Shown here: piece after piece, positions 1 through 9,800 of the stretch
Layout of the letters: each line of letters starts with the position of its first letter
How positions within the stretch are numbered: position 1 is the stretch's first letter
Assembly: GCA_944393135.1 (NCBI GenBank)
Contig: CALXZC010000001.1
Location: 75,748 to 139,747, forward strand
Origin: an uncultured Clostridia bacterium
Lineage (GTDB): Bacteria; Bacillota; Clostridia; TANB77; CAG-508
Length of the DNA stretch: 64,000 bases
Reading direction: 5' to 3'
Translations under genes and position numbers: made by a program
The notes under the pieces: model-generated
Told to the model about the DNA's origin: nothing
The model's input: the letters and a program-made list of their open reading frames with translations, nothing else
The model's database searches: none

Positions 1-30
1 ATGGAACAGTTGCAAGAAGATGAAAGATAA
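1..30 (+). CDS. 3' end of an upstream CDS truncated by the window edge (...EQLQEDER*)
   Basis: In-frame TAA at 28-30; no start within window. Confidence 0.2.
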   Translation: MEQLQEDER

Positions 31-54
31 ATTTAAAAATATTTATATAAACCC

Positions 55-83
55 TTTACAAATTTTAAATAATATGTTATAAC
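55..83 (+). promoter_or_regulatory. sigma70-like promoter (TTTACA-17-TATAAC) with conserved upstream AAACCC; member of a repeated phage promoter family
   Basis: aaaccctTTTACAaattttaaataatatgtTATAACat; same motif recurs >=10x in window. Confidence 0.6.
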
Positions 84-139
84 ATATTTATAAATTAAGT
101 TATTAAAATTTTATATATAATAAAGGAGGAATCTTAAAG

Positions 140-1063
140 ATGAAAAAAGATATTATTAGTGAAACAATGAAATTATTAAATGAGAATTATTTTGAAAGTA
201 AATTACAAGAAACTAGTCCTAGTCAAAATACTCCATATTCTATAGGAGATAATATAATTGAAGATACTGTTTCAAAAGAAGAATGGAGAATTAGTCATTT
301 AGTAGGAGATGCTAACTTTTGTGCTGGAACTCCAGATGATGTATTAGAAGAATTAAGTTATTTATATGGACCTGAAGGAGAAGGTATTGGTTGGACAGAA
401 AAAGAAGTACAACCAATTGAAGATTTAGTAAATAAACATAGAAATGAATGTAAATATGTAGCTGTTGAATTTCCAATGTTTTTAGAAGAACAACCAACAG
501 TTTATATTTATAAGATAGATGAGGATGGTACTATTTTAGAAATTTTAGATTCTTATATTTATAAAAATGAAGACACATTAAATGAAAGTAAATTACAGAT
601 AAATGAAGATTTAGAAGATGGCGACAATAAGGCTTATCATAACGAAGTAAATGAAAAATTAAGACAAGCAGATACAAATATAGACCGGTTAAATGATAAT
701 GATTTTAAATGTGCTATTACTTATTATCAAAATATGTTTCCAGGTGATGAAGGATTAACAGAAAAAGATTATCAAAAAATTTACGAAGCTTTACCTAATA
801 ATGAAATGCAACAAGAATTTTCAAATATGTGGGAAGGAATCACAGAGGAGTGGAATGTAAACCAACAAGAATATGATGCATTTAAAAATGTAATTGAAAA
901 TTTAGATTTACCTTCATATAAACAAGGAATGTTTCCATTATCTGTTAGTTGTATAAATAATGAAAATCGTGATTCTTATTTTATACCAGAATATAAAGAT
1001 ATTAATGATTCTTCAGTAGATATACAAAAAGATGATTTATATACTAAAATGTTAGAAGATTAA
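140..1063 (+). CDS. acidic hypothetical protein, paralog family 1 (N-terminal leader MKKDIISETMKLLNE); candidate packaged/internal protein
   Basis: ORF 307 aa; RBS aaaggagga 9 nt upstream; N-terminus shared with ORFs at 10689 and 13407. Confidence 0.75.
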   Translation: MKKDIISETMKLLNENYFESKLQETSPSQNTPYSIGDNIIEDTVSKEEWRISHLVGDANFCAGTPDDVLEELSYLYGPEGEGIGWTEKEVQPIEDLVNKHRNECKYVAVEFPMFLEEQPTVYIYKIDEDGTILEILDSYIYKNEDTLNESKLQINEDLEDGDNKAYHNEVNEKLRQADTNIDRLNDNDFKCAITYYQNMFPGDEGLTEKDYQKIYEALPNNEMQQEFSNMWEGITEEWNVNQQEYDAFKNVIENLDLPSYKQGMFPLSVSCINNENRDSYFIPEYKDINDSSVDIQKDDLYTKMLED

Positions 1064-1068
1064 TACTC

Positions 1069-1097
1069 TTTACATATTTTAAATTATATGTTATAAT
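1069..1097 (+). promoter_or_regulatory. sigma70-like promoter (TTTACA-17-TATAAT)
   Basis: ctcTTTACAtattttaaattatatgtTATAATatt upstream of ORF 1138. Confidence 0.5.
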
Positions 1098-1137
1098 ATT
1101 AATAGTTATTACATATAATATATAAAGGAGTTTAAAT

Positions 1138-1641
1138 ATGAATATTAAAGATAAGTTAATTGAATCACTATGTAATTTAATAAAGAAAGAGGAACAAACA
1201 CAAAAGTTATGTGAATTTTCAATGTCTAAACAATATATAGTTAATAAATTATGGGATATAAGATTAAAAGTCAATGAACATTTAATTTGTTGTTATATTT
1301 GGAATAATACAGATAATTATAATCATTGGAAAACAGAAGTAGGTGGTTTTTTTGAAAAATTACCTAGAGTAAAAGGAACAAATAAATTTCCAACAGAAAA
1401 ACAATTGCATAAATGGATAATAGATGATACAATAGAAGAAATAGAAGACAGCATTAATTATCTTGTAAGAAGAACAGAACAAGATGAAAAAGTAAATATA
1501 TCAAAATATGATTCTAAAGTATTACAAAATTATTTAATAGACTTTTGGAATTGGTTAGCAAATTATTTAGCAGATGGCAACGAGGTAATGCCAAATGATA
1601 TATACAGTGAAATAGACGAGTTAGTAAATAAATATAAATAG
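1138..1641 (+). CDS. hypothetical protein
   Basis: ORF 167 aa; RBS taaaggag; followed by hairpin terminator. Confidence 0.7.
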   Translation: MNIKDKLIESLCNLIKKEEQTQKLCEFSMSKQYIVNKLWDIRLKVNEHLICCYIWNNTDNYNHWKTEVGGFFEKLPRVKGTNKFPTEKQLHKWIIDDTIEEIEDSINYLVRRTEQDEKVNISKYDSKVLQNYLIDFWNWLANYLADGNEVMPNDIYSEIDELVNKYK

Positions 1642-1670
1642 ATGTATTTTAAAATACATCTATTATTTTT
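1640..1670 (+). terminator. rho-independent terminator
   Basis: agatgtatttt/aaaatacatct 11-bp stem then T-run. Confidence 0.7.
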
Positions 1671-1680
1671 GAAAATACTA

Positions 1681-1709
1681 TTGACATATTTTAAAATACA
1701 TTGTATAAT
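1681..1709 (+). promoter_or_regulatory. consensus sigma70 promoter TTGACA-17-TATAAT (TG immediately upstream of -10)
   Basis: TTGACAtattttaaaatacattgTATAAT, perfect -35/-10 with 17-nt spacer. Confidence 0.7.
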
Positions 1710-1772
1710 ATTTAATGTAAATAAAAATACACATAGTGTAAAATTAGTTTATTTACAGAAAGAGGTAGAAAT

Positions 1773-2501
1773 ATGAATAGTAGTACACAATTAATGATTT
1801 TAAGACCTGGAACAATTCCAGACAGAGATGTAATTTTAGGATTAAGAGGAACAAAAGCATTAAGTGTTTCAATGAAAGGTATGGATAGAGAAACAAAAGT
1901 TACAACTTGGTCATCTTTAGTAAGAACAGTAATTAATTGGTTAGAAGAAGATTTATTAGATATGGTAAATGCCATAGGTGTAGAAAGATTTAATGAAAAA
2001 TATATTGAAACATTAAATCAAAAATTAAAACAAACAGAAATAAAGCTAAATAGTAACTGTCCAGTAGGTATATTTAAAGATAACGATATAGATAATTATA
2101 TAAATAGTTCAGTATATCTTAATAATCAAAATCATAAATTAAAATTATTTGATTATAGTGGACATAGCTGGAATATATGTACAGTATATACAGGTGAAAT
2201 AATATTTGCCTTATCTACATTAATATCTATATTAGATGATTTTAAATGTAATATTTGTATGCAAAAAAGTTTAACTAACATACCAGATATGTTTGATATA
2301 CAAATAGTTTATATAAATAGAAAAGATTTACAATTACAAGAAGTAAATTTAGATAATTTTAATATAGAAGAAGATATAAATAAGAGTAATGTAAAAAATG
2401 CTATTGTAATAGCTTATGCTAGTTGTAAGTCTGTAGAAGCACAATTACTTAGTATATGTAGTATGTTAGATATAGACACAGACTTTTTAGATAAATTTTA
2501 A
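1773..2501 (+). CDS. hypothetical protein
   Basis: ORF 242 aa; RBS agaaagaggtag. Confidence 0.7.
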   Translation: MNSSTQLMILRPGTIPDRDVILGLRGTKALSVSMKGMDRETKVTTWSSLVRTVINWLEEDLLDMVNAIGVERFNEKYIETLNQKLKQTEIKLNSNCPVGIFKDNDIDNYINSSVYLNNQNHKLKLFDYSGHSWNICTVYTGEIIFALSTLISILDDFKCNICMQKSLTNIPDMFDIQIVYINRKDLQLQEVNLDNFNIEEDINKSNVKNAIVIAYASCKSVEAQLLSICSMLDIDTDFLDKF

Positions 2502-2528
2502 TAGTTATTAAATATAATAAATTTGAGT

Positions 2529-2545
2529 AAAATATTAGTAGGTAG
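2529..2545 (+). promoter_or_regulatory. late-type motif variant GTAAAATATTAGTAGG
   Basis: Member of recurring GTAAAATAtT..AG family; overlaps 5' arm of terminator hairpin. Confidence 0.35.
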
Positions 2546-2569
2546 AAATACCTACTAATTTTTATTTTA
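2536..2569 (+). terminator. rho-independent terminator
   Basis: tagtaggta-gaaa-tacctacta 9-bp stem followed by attttt atttt. Confidence 0.7.
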
Positions 2570-2586
2570 TGAAGGAGGAATTTAAA

Positions 2587-2985
2587 ATGGATTGGATGTC
2601 AGTTTTAAATCAATGTTTAGACATTATATTACCAGCTATTGCATCAGTAGTGGCCGTTTTATTTGGAGTACTTGGTACAAAAATTAAACAAATTTATAAT
2701 GAAAAAGCACAAAATGAAACAGTAAAAGTGGTTGTAGACAATGTAGTAAAATGGGTTCAACAAGTATATTATGAATTAGAAGGACCTGAAAAATTACAAA
2801 AAGCATTAACAGAAGCAAGCACAATATTAAATGAAAAAGGTATAACAATATCAGAAACAGAATTAGATATGATGATTGAAAGTGCTGTATATGGATTAAA
2901 AAATGGAACACAACAAGCTGAAGAAGTAGTAGAAATATTACCAGAAACAACAGAAACAACAGAAACAGTTATAGAAAATAAATAA
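2587..2985 (+). CDS. small membrane protein with one N-terminal TM helix and acidic C-terminal tail; candidate holin
   Basis: ATG 2587 follows RBS gaaggagga (the track's ATG at 2569 lies inside the RBS); hydrophobic ILPAIASVVAVLFGVLG. Confidence 0.55.
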   Translation: MDWMSVLNQCLDIILPAIASVVAVLFGVLGTKIKQIYNEKAQNETVKVVVDNVVKWVQQVYYELEGPEKLQKALTEASTILNEKGITISETELDMMIESAVYGLKNGTQQAEEVVEILPETTETTETVIENK

Positions 2986-3041
2986 TATATAAAGATTGTA
3001 ATATTTTAGGTTTATAATTTAAGGAAAGGAGAAATAAAATA

Positions 3042-5273
3042 ATGTCAAGTGGAACAATTTCAGCAAGTGGTTCGTGGCATACAGGTCCTACATTGGCAGC
3101 TTCTGGATCTGTTACATTCACAAGACCAGATGAAGCCAGTACTACTATACAAATATCTGGTTCTTTAGGTAACTATCCTGTTCGCCCAGATGATCCGGAA
3201 TATGAATATCATCTAAGAGTTGGTTATTATATAACTATAGACGGACGTACTGTTTGTAGTGGTACTGTTTGTAGTTCTAGTGAAAATGGTAGTGGTAGTA
3301 CCTCTGTAAATGCTACTGCTTCTTCCGACAATAGTTATCCTCGAATTGAAATACATTATACTTGTGGGGAATCCCCTCAATGTACAAAAGGACATCCTGA
3401 TGAGGTTGTAGGTAGTGGATATATTAGTTTACCTTATAACCCATATAAAACACCTACCATAGGTTGTAGCACTTCTTATAATATTTCAATATTTGATCGA
3501 AGAAGGGAAATGTGGGTTGACGCCAATTATTCAGGTGATGATTCTCCTACAACTACATGGGTCGTAGTAAATGGTAATAGAGAAGATTGGAATATAGGAA
3601 ATAGTGGTGGAACTTATGGATTTATACCTAGTCAAAAAGGTGTGTCTGATGGTGTGTCATATACATTTCAAGCCTATAGACAACATAATTATGCTACAGA
3701 TAAAGTAGCTTCTACAAGTTACACATTATATACATATAGAACACCAATTATTAATAGTGTTAGTGTAGATAATCCTAGTTTTAGTGGATTTGGAAAAGTT
3801 AATTTAAGTTGGAGAACAAATGCCAGAAGATGGAGTACAAGTCCAACAGAGGAACCATTTAAAACATACATTAGATTTAATACATCAAGTCCTTTGGCAG
3901 AATGGTTTGAATGTTCAAATAATAATCCTACTGGACCTAATACAAGTAATGAAACTTCTTTACAGTCCGTACAAATAACAAAAGATATGATTGATACTTA
4001 TTTCACCGTAGCTGAAAGATGCCAAGAATCATATAGTACTACCGTACAAATGAAAAGAACAAATGTATCAAGTACTATTGAAGCTGAGAGTAATACATTT
4101 GCAATTACAATACAATTTGCCCCAAAATATGCTCCTAATCAAATAAATTATTGGGATTACAATTCTTCTGCAAGTAATAATAGAGGTAATAGTATAAGTC
4201 CTGGAACAATATGTTATCTAGATTCACATCCTAGGATAGTTATAGATTGGTCTATGCCAAATCAAATAGATAGAGGTGTAATAGACGGATATGAATTATA
4301 TATTTATTCAAGTAGTTCTTATACAACTCATAAAACATTTGATGTTCCTGTGGGAGGTATTGTTACAGATTTATATGGGCAGTATGTAGCAAATATAAGA
4401 AGTGATTTATATAGGGGACAAATGAATTATGTTGGGGTTAGGGCTTATTATATAAATCCATTAGGTGACAAAATGTACGGACCAGAGTTAAGAAAACAAT
4501 TTGTATTTCCACTTGGAAGATTATATACACCAAAAATATCATACCCTGTTAATAATTCAAGATGGCATAATAAAAATTTTAGAATATTATTTGAGTTACC
4601 AACAGATGATGATTATGATGTTTTAAGTAGTTATATTTCAAATGATACATATACATATAAAGAGATTGAATTAACTATTAATGGAACAGTATATAAATAT
4701 ACAACAGACTCTAATATATTCAGTATAAATAAAATGGGTTATAAGTATAGAGTTTGTGTAAATCCATCAATATTAAGTTCATTTCCTGATACAGATACAT
4801 ATAGAATTACAGTAAGGGTACAAAAAAATTATTTTATGAATATTTGGTCCGGCACAAGTAGTACTACGGTTGTATATAAGACTCCTGTTACAAGACAAAA
4901 TTTAGTACAATTTACACCAATATTGGCAACACATTATAAACACGTACAATCAAGTTCAATACGTTTATATAATACATACCCAATAAAGTCTTTACCAACT
5001 AATAATGTGGATCAGGATGTAGGAGATGTTATTTATGCCAAACATTATCAAGCTATATTTGATACAGTTTTAGCAATACAAGATGGAGTAAATACATGGG
5101 CCCGTTATGATTCGGGTAAAGATCGATGTAAATTTCAACAAAACATAGATGAGTTTTCAGGTTCAGATAAAGCAACTAACGATTTAATAACGGCTCAAGA
5201 TGATGAAAGACCAACAAGACAAGGAAGAAATTATTTTAATATTTTAGTAGATAGTATGAATAAGTTATATTAA
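3042..5273 (+). CDS. Ser/Thr/Gly-rich large protein, candidate receptor-binding/structural protein; 5' ~700 nt noticeably GC-richer than surroundings
   Basis: ORF 743 aa; RBS aaggaaaggag; lies between lysis/structural genes. Confidence 0.7.
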   Translation: MSSGTISASGSWHTGPTLAASGSVTFTRPDEASTTIQISGSLGNYPVRPDDPEYEYHLRVGYYITIDGRTVCSGTVCSSSENGSGSTSVNATASSDNSYPRIEIHYTCGESPQCTKGHPDEVVGSGYISLPYNPYKTPTIGCSTSYNISIFDRRREMWVDANYSGDDSPTTTWVVVNGNREDWNIGNSGGTYGFIPSQKGVSDGVSYTFQAYRQHNYATDKVASTSYTLYTYRTPIINSVSVDNPSFSGFGKVNLSWRTNARRWSTSPTEEPFKTYIRFNTSSPLAEWFECSNNNPTGPNTSNETSLQSVQITKDMIDTYFTVAERCQESYSTTVQMKRTNVSSTIEAESNTFAITIQFAPKYAPNQINYWDYNSSASNNRGNSISPGTICYLDSHPRIVIDWSMPNQIDRGVIDGYELYIYSSSSYTTHKTFDVPVGGIVTDLYGQYVANIRSDLYRGQMNYVGVRAYYINPLGDKMYGPELRKQFVFPLGRLYTPKISYPVNNSRWHNKNFRILFELPTDDDYDVLSSYISNDTYTYKEIELTINGTVYKYTTDSNIFSINKMGYKYRVCVNPSILSSFPDTDTYRITVRVQKNYFMNIWSGTSSTTVVYKTPVTRQNLVQFTPILATHYKHVQSSSIRLYNTYPIKSLPTNNVDQDVGDVIYAKHYQAIFDTVLAIQDGVNTWARYDSGKDRCKFQQNIDEFSGSDKATNDLITAQDDERPTRQGRNYFNILVDSMNKLY

Positions 5274-5280
5274 AAAATTA

Positions 5281-5300
5281 AGTAAAATAATAGTAAAGGA
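5281..5300 (+). promoter_or_regulatory. late-type motif variant GTAAAATAATAGTAAAGGAG abutting RBS
   Basis: Near-identical to copy at 32361 (gtaaaataatagtaggagg). Confidence 0.4.
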
Positions 5301-5311
5301 GTTGATATAAT

Positions 5312-6622
5312 ATGTCATTAAAAGGTATAGATATAAGTAAATGGCAACAAGGTATGGATTTGGGTGCTGTTGATTTTGATTTTGTTATAATTAAAGCGAC
5401 TGAAGGAAAATCATATGTAGATGCTTATTGTGATAGTTTCTTTCAAAAGGCTTTAAGTATGGGTAAAAAAATAGGTGTATATCACTTTGCAAATAACCCA
5501 TCAAATTCTGCCGAACAAGAGGCAAATTGGTTTATTGAAAATACTAAAGGATATATAGGAAAAGCTATTCCAGTTCTTGACTGGGAAAGTAAAGATACAA
5601 GTAATGTGGCTTGGGCTTTAGAATGGTTACAAAGAGTAGAACAAGCTTATGGATGTAAACCAATGATATATATGAGTGAAAGTGTTGTAAACAGACACAA
5701 CTGGAGTTCTGTAGTAGCTGGAAATTATGGATTATGGGTTGCAAAATATAGAGATTATAATCCAGATTATAATTACGATATGAGTAATGCGGGTAGTGCT
5801 CCATCTGTAAAATATTGGTCAACTATTGCAATGTGGCAATGGACTTCTTGTGGAAGACTTAATGGATATAATGGAAATTTAGATTGTGATATATTTTATG
5901 GAGATAGTGCTGCGTGGAATGCTTATGTAGGAAACGGTGAAGGAACAAATGTAGATATAGGTGAATCTACTGTAAAACCGGACCCAGAGCCAACTAAGAA
6001 AACTAATGAAGAGATAGCAGACGAAGTTATTGCTGGACAATGGGGTAACGGAGATGAAAGAAGAAATAAATTAGAAGCAGCTGGATACGATTATGAGTCA
6101 ATACAAAAAATAGTAAACCAAAGATTTGAATCACAACCAGCAAATAGTACATATACAGTTAAATCAGGAGACACTTTAAGTGGTATTGGTTCTAAGTTGG
6201 GTGTAAATTGGCAAAGTATTGCTAGTGCAAATGGAATATCAAGTCCATACACAATATATCCAGGACAAGTGTTAACAATACCAGGAGGAAGTACAACAAG
6301 TACATCTACTTCAACAAATAGTACATATACAGTTAAATCAGGAGACACTTTAAGTGGTATTGGACAAAAATTAGGAGTTAATTGGAAAAATATAGCAAAC
6401 GCTAATGGTATTAGTTCTCCTTATACAATTTATACAGGACAAAAATTAACTATTCCAGGTGGAAATACATCTACAACAACTAGTAGAACATATACTGTAA
6501 AGAGTGGAGATACACTTTCTGAAATAGGACAAAAATTAGGAGTTAATTGGAAAAATATAGCAACAATGAATGGAATATCAAGTCCATATACAATTTATGT
6601 AGGTCAAAAATTAAAATATTAA
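5312..6622 (+). CDS. endolysin: N-terminal GH25 muramidase + CW_7-like repeat (GQWGNGDERR) + 3x LysM
   Basis: GIDISKWQ...DFDFVIIKATEG...GVYHF GH25 signature; three YTVKSGDTLSGIG...NGISSPYTIY LysM modules. Confidence 0.85.
   Translation: MSLKGIDISKWQQGMDLGAVDFDFVIIKATEGKSYVDAYCDSFFQKALSMGKKIGVYHFANNPSNSAEQEANWFIENTKGYIGKAIPVLDWESKDTSNVAWALEWLQRVEQAYGCKPMIYMSESVVNRHNWSSVVAGNYGLWVAKYRDYNPDYNYDMSNAGSAPSVKYWSTIAMWQWTSCGRLNGYNGNLDCDIFYGDSAAWNAYVGNGEGTNVDIGESTVKPDPEPTKKTNEEIADEVIAGQWGNGDERRNKLEAAGYDYESIQKIVNQRFESQPANSTYTVKSGDTLSGIGSKLGVNWQSIASANGISSPYTIYPGQVLTIPGGSTTSTSTSTNSTYTVKSGDTLSGIGQKLGVNWKNIANANGISSPYTIYTGQKLTIPGGNTSTTTSRTYTVKSGDTLSEIGQKLGVNWKNIATMNGISSPYTIYVGQKLKY
6145..6619 (+). repeat. 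three tandem ~150-bp direct repeats encoding LysM modules (copies 1 and 2 near-identical for first ~45 nt)
   Basis: aatagtacatatacagttaaatcaggagacactttaagtggtattgg repeated at 6148 and 6320; diverged third copy at 6484. Confidence 0.8.
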
Positions 6623-6633
6623 TAAAATAAAAA

Positions 6634-6666
6634 TAGTGTAGTGTTTAGTAAGCTACACTATTTTTA
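6634..6666 (+). terminator. rho-independent terminator after endolysin
   Basis: tagtgtag...ctacacta 8-bp stem + ttttt. Confidence 0.65.
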
Positions 6667-6730
6667 TATACTTAAATATTACGACAATCAATTTTAAACC
6701 GTTTTTATATAGAATTAATATAAGATTATA

Positions 6731-6749
6731 GTAAAATATTATTAGATGG
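6731..6749 (+). promoter_or_regulatory. late-type motif GTAAAATATTATTAGATGG
   Basis: Recurring motif; followed ~45 nt later by terminator 6792-6826 (possible short transcript). Confidence 0.4.
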
Positions 6750-6791
6750 AATTTCAAAAGTTCTATCATACATCACTTCCTATAAAATAGT

Positions 6792-6826
6792 AAGAGTAGT
6801 TTATACAAACTACTCTTATTTATTTT
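6792..6826 (+). terminator. rho-independent terminator
   Basis: aagagtagt-ttatacaa-actactctt 9-bp stem + atttatttt. Confidence 0.65.
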
Positions 6827-6846
6827 GTAAAATATTATTAGAGTAA
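6827..6846 (+). promoter_or_regulatory. late-type motif GTAAAATATTATTAGAGTAAG
   Basis: ~38 nt upstream of TTG start at 6873. Confidence 0.45.
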
Positions 6847-6872
6847 GTAACGTAAGGTGGTGAAATAAGAAA

Positions 6873-9800
6873 TTGAAATTTAAATTACAAGAAAAAGCTA
6901 ATATCGATTGGAATAATTATCTTACTAGGGATGAAGTGAAAAAGTTTCTTAGTAAGGATGATAAAATAGAAAGTGCTGAAAATATTATATATGATACACA
7001 AGGTAATTTCTTTAACAAGTATTGGAAAGATTTTAAAAAACAGGGATGGAAAAAATTAGAATTAGTAAACGATTTAGAAAGATTTTATACTAATGGTCAC
7101 TTAATAACAGAAGGAATACATTTAATAGCTTATGTTAAAGATAAAAAGAGTGGAGAGTATTCTACAATAGAAGATAGAGATTATAATTCTAAAAAAGATT
7201 TTGAAAAAGAATTAAAAGCAAATGGATATAGTAATATATCTATATTAGATAATAGAGATATGTATTTAATTGATAATACTAATTACACAAGAGTATCACA
7301 ATTAAAGAAAGATTTACAACAACTTAAAAAAGATATTAATGATACTAAGGATAAATATCCTGCTTTATATAAAAGTTATGTTAAAGAATATGACAAATTA
7401 AAAACTATATATGATAATGTAATGAAAATATCTTTAACAGAAGGATATGTATTAAAAGGAATACAAGATGGAAAATCTTTTAATATTTCTTTTAACGATA
7501 ATAAAGAAAAATTACAAAAATTTATGGATGAATTACAACCAAAACATAGAAATATAGATATGTTTATAGTAGAAGAAAGTAAGAAAATAGAAGCATTAAA
7601 ACCAATTAAAAAAGGACAAATGAAGATATTAAATATTGGTGGTGAAAAATTACAAGAAAACCTTAAAGATATAGTATTATACCACGGTTCATTAAACACT
7701 AATTTAACTTACTTGGATATAGGTAAGAGTACAGGTAATGGTGACCAATTAGGTAGAGGAATATATCTAACAACTGATTATGAACAGGCTCAAAGTTATG
7801 CAGGTAATAATGGAAAAGTATATAAAGTTAAATTAGATGATAGTTTAAAATTATTTAATTTAAATGACAAGTTAAGTGATAGTATTAAACAACAATTAAT
7901 TAAAGAATTAGAGAACTCTAATAACAAAGATATTAAAAATTATATTTGTATGTTTAATAGAAAAGTATATGATGTAAAAGATAAACAAGAGGGTTTAAAA
8001 TTTTATCAAGATAAACAAAAAGAATGGGAACAATTAGACGGTAAATATTTTGGTAACAGACCTAAAGTAGTTAAAAATGGAAATAATCTTCAAGTTATAT
8101 ATACAGATTACAGTGATATACAAAGTGCTATAAATAATATGACAGGTGAAAATCTTATAGATACATTAAGAGGAGATATAGACCCAGATGTATTTGTAAC
8201 AATCATAACAAATAGTGGATATGATGGAGTTATAACAAATAATAATCACTGGTATGTAATATATAAAGACATTAATAAAGTTCATATTTTAAATGAAAAT
8301 AGAAAATTTGATAATAAAAATAAATTAGAAGAAGTAAGTAGAAATGAATTATTAGTAAAAACAAAAGGAGAAACAATAACAAGATATAATAAAGCCGCAG
8401 GATATAAAGGATTTAGTATTATAAATATAGATACATCGGATTTATTAAGAGGAAACACATTAACAGTAACTTGTAGAGTAGGAAAATATAATGATGTATT
8501 ACAACTTGAAGATGTATTATATTGGATACAAATAGTCGCAGAAAATAAACAACAAAATCAAATAAATACAAAAGGAATAACAGAAGCGTTATCTAATTCA
8601 ATAGATGGAATGGATATAAAAGTAGATTGTAATTGTGGGGATTTTTGTTTAGAAGAGAATACATTAATAAAATTATTAAATGGACAGGTTGTAACAGTTA
8701 AACAATTAAAAGAGTTATTCGATAAACAAGAAGAATTGTGGATTTATTCAACGGATGAACAAGGTGATTTTAGACCTGGTAAGGTTAATAACGTATGGAT
8801 AAGTGGATATGTAAATGATATGATAAAAGTTACTTTAGATAATGGAAAAGAAATTATAACTACACCAGAACATAAATATATGATGAGAGATGGAAGTTAT
8901 AAAGAGGCACAAGATTTAAAAGAAAAAGATTCTTTAATGCCTTTGTATTTTAGCTATACAAACGGCTATGAAAATGTAAAAAGAAATAGTATTAAGTATC
9001 CAACTAGATTTGATAGTGTGTATAAAATAGTAGCTGATACAGTTTTACAGGAACAAAAACAACTGGCTAAGGATAGAACAGGGGAAGATATTATACAAAT
9101 ACATCATAAGGATTTTAATAAGTTAAATAATTATCCATCTAATTTATATCCTATGGGTAAAATGGAACATTGGATGTATCACGCTCATCTGGGTGGTAAA
9201 AATTTAGAGGCATTACAGGAAGGTAGTAGACGTTTTTGGACATCTGATCCAAGAAGATTTGAAACTAGAGAAAAACAAAAACAAGCTGCAAGGAATTATC
9301 AGTTAAAAATGTGGAGTAGTTTTACACCAAAACAAAGACAAAAATACATTAAAAAATTATCATATAATACTGATAAACAAAAATTATCCCAATCTTTACA
9401 AAATGTATGGAATAATTATACAGAGGAGGAAAAACAACAAAGATTACAAACTAATAATTTTGTAGTAAATAATCCAATGTTAAATGAACAGTTTATAAAA
9501 TCTGATAAGTTTATAGAGAGAAATAATAATATAAGTAATTCTTTAAATAGTTATCATAGTAAACTAACTAAAGAACAAGAACAGAAAATTTACGGTTGGG
9601 CAAAAAATAAACATTTCACAAAAGAACATAGAAAAAAACAAAGTGAAAGTATGAAACAATTTCACAAACAACACCCCGAATTTATACAACAACATTATGA
9701 AGAAATGGTTAAAGGTGCAGAAAAGGGTAGACAAAATAGAAGAAATAAAAAATTACAAAATATGACGGAAGAAGAAAAAGAATTATTTTTATTTAAAGAA

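Noticed and set aside
2569-2586. Track start codons at 2569, 37875, 56081 and 50939
   Set aside because: These upstream in-frame ATG/GTG codons lie within or abut the Shine-Dalgarno sequence (e.g. atgAAGGAGGaa, ttAGGAGGTG), leaving no spacer. Downstream ATGs with 7-11 nt spacing were preferred.
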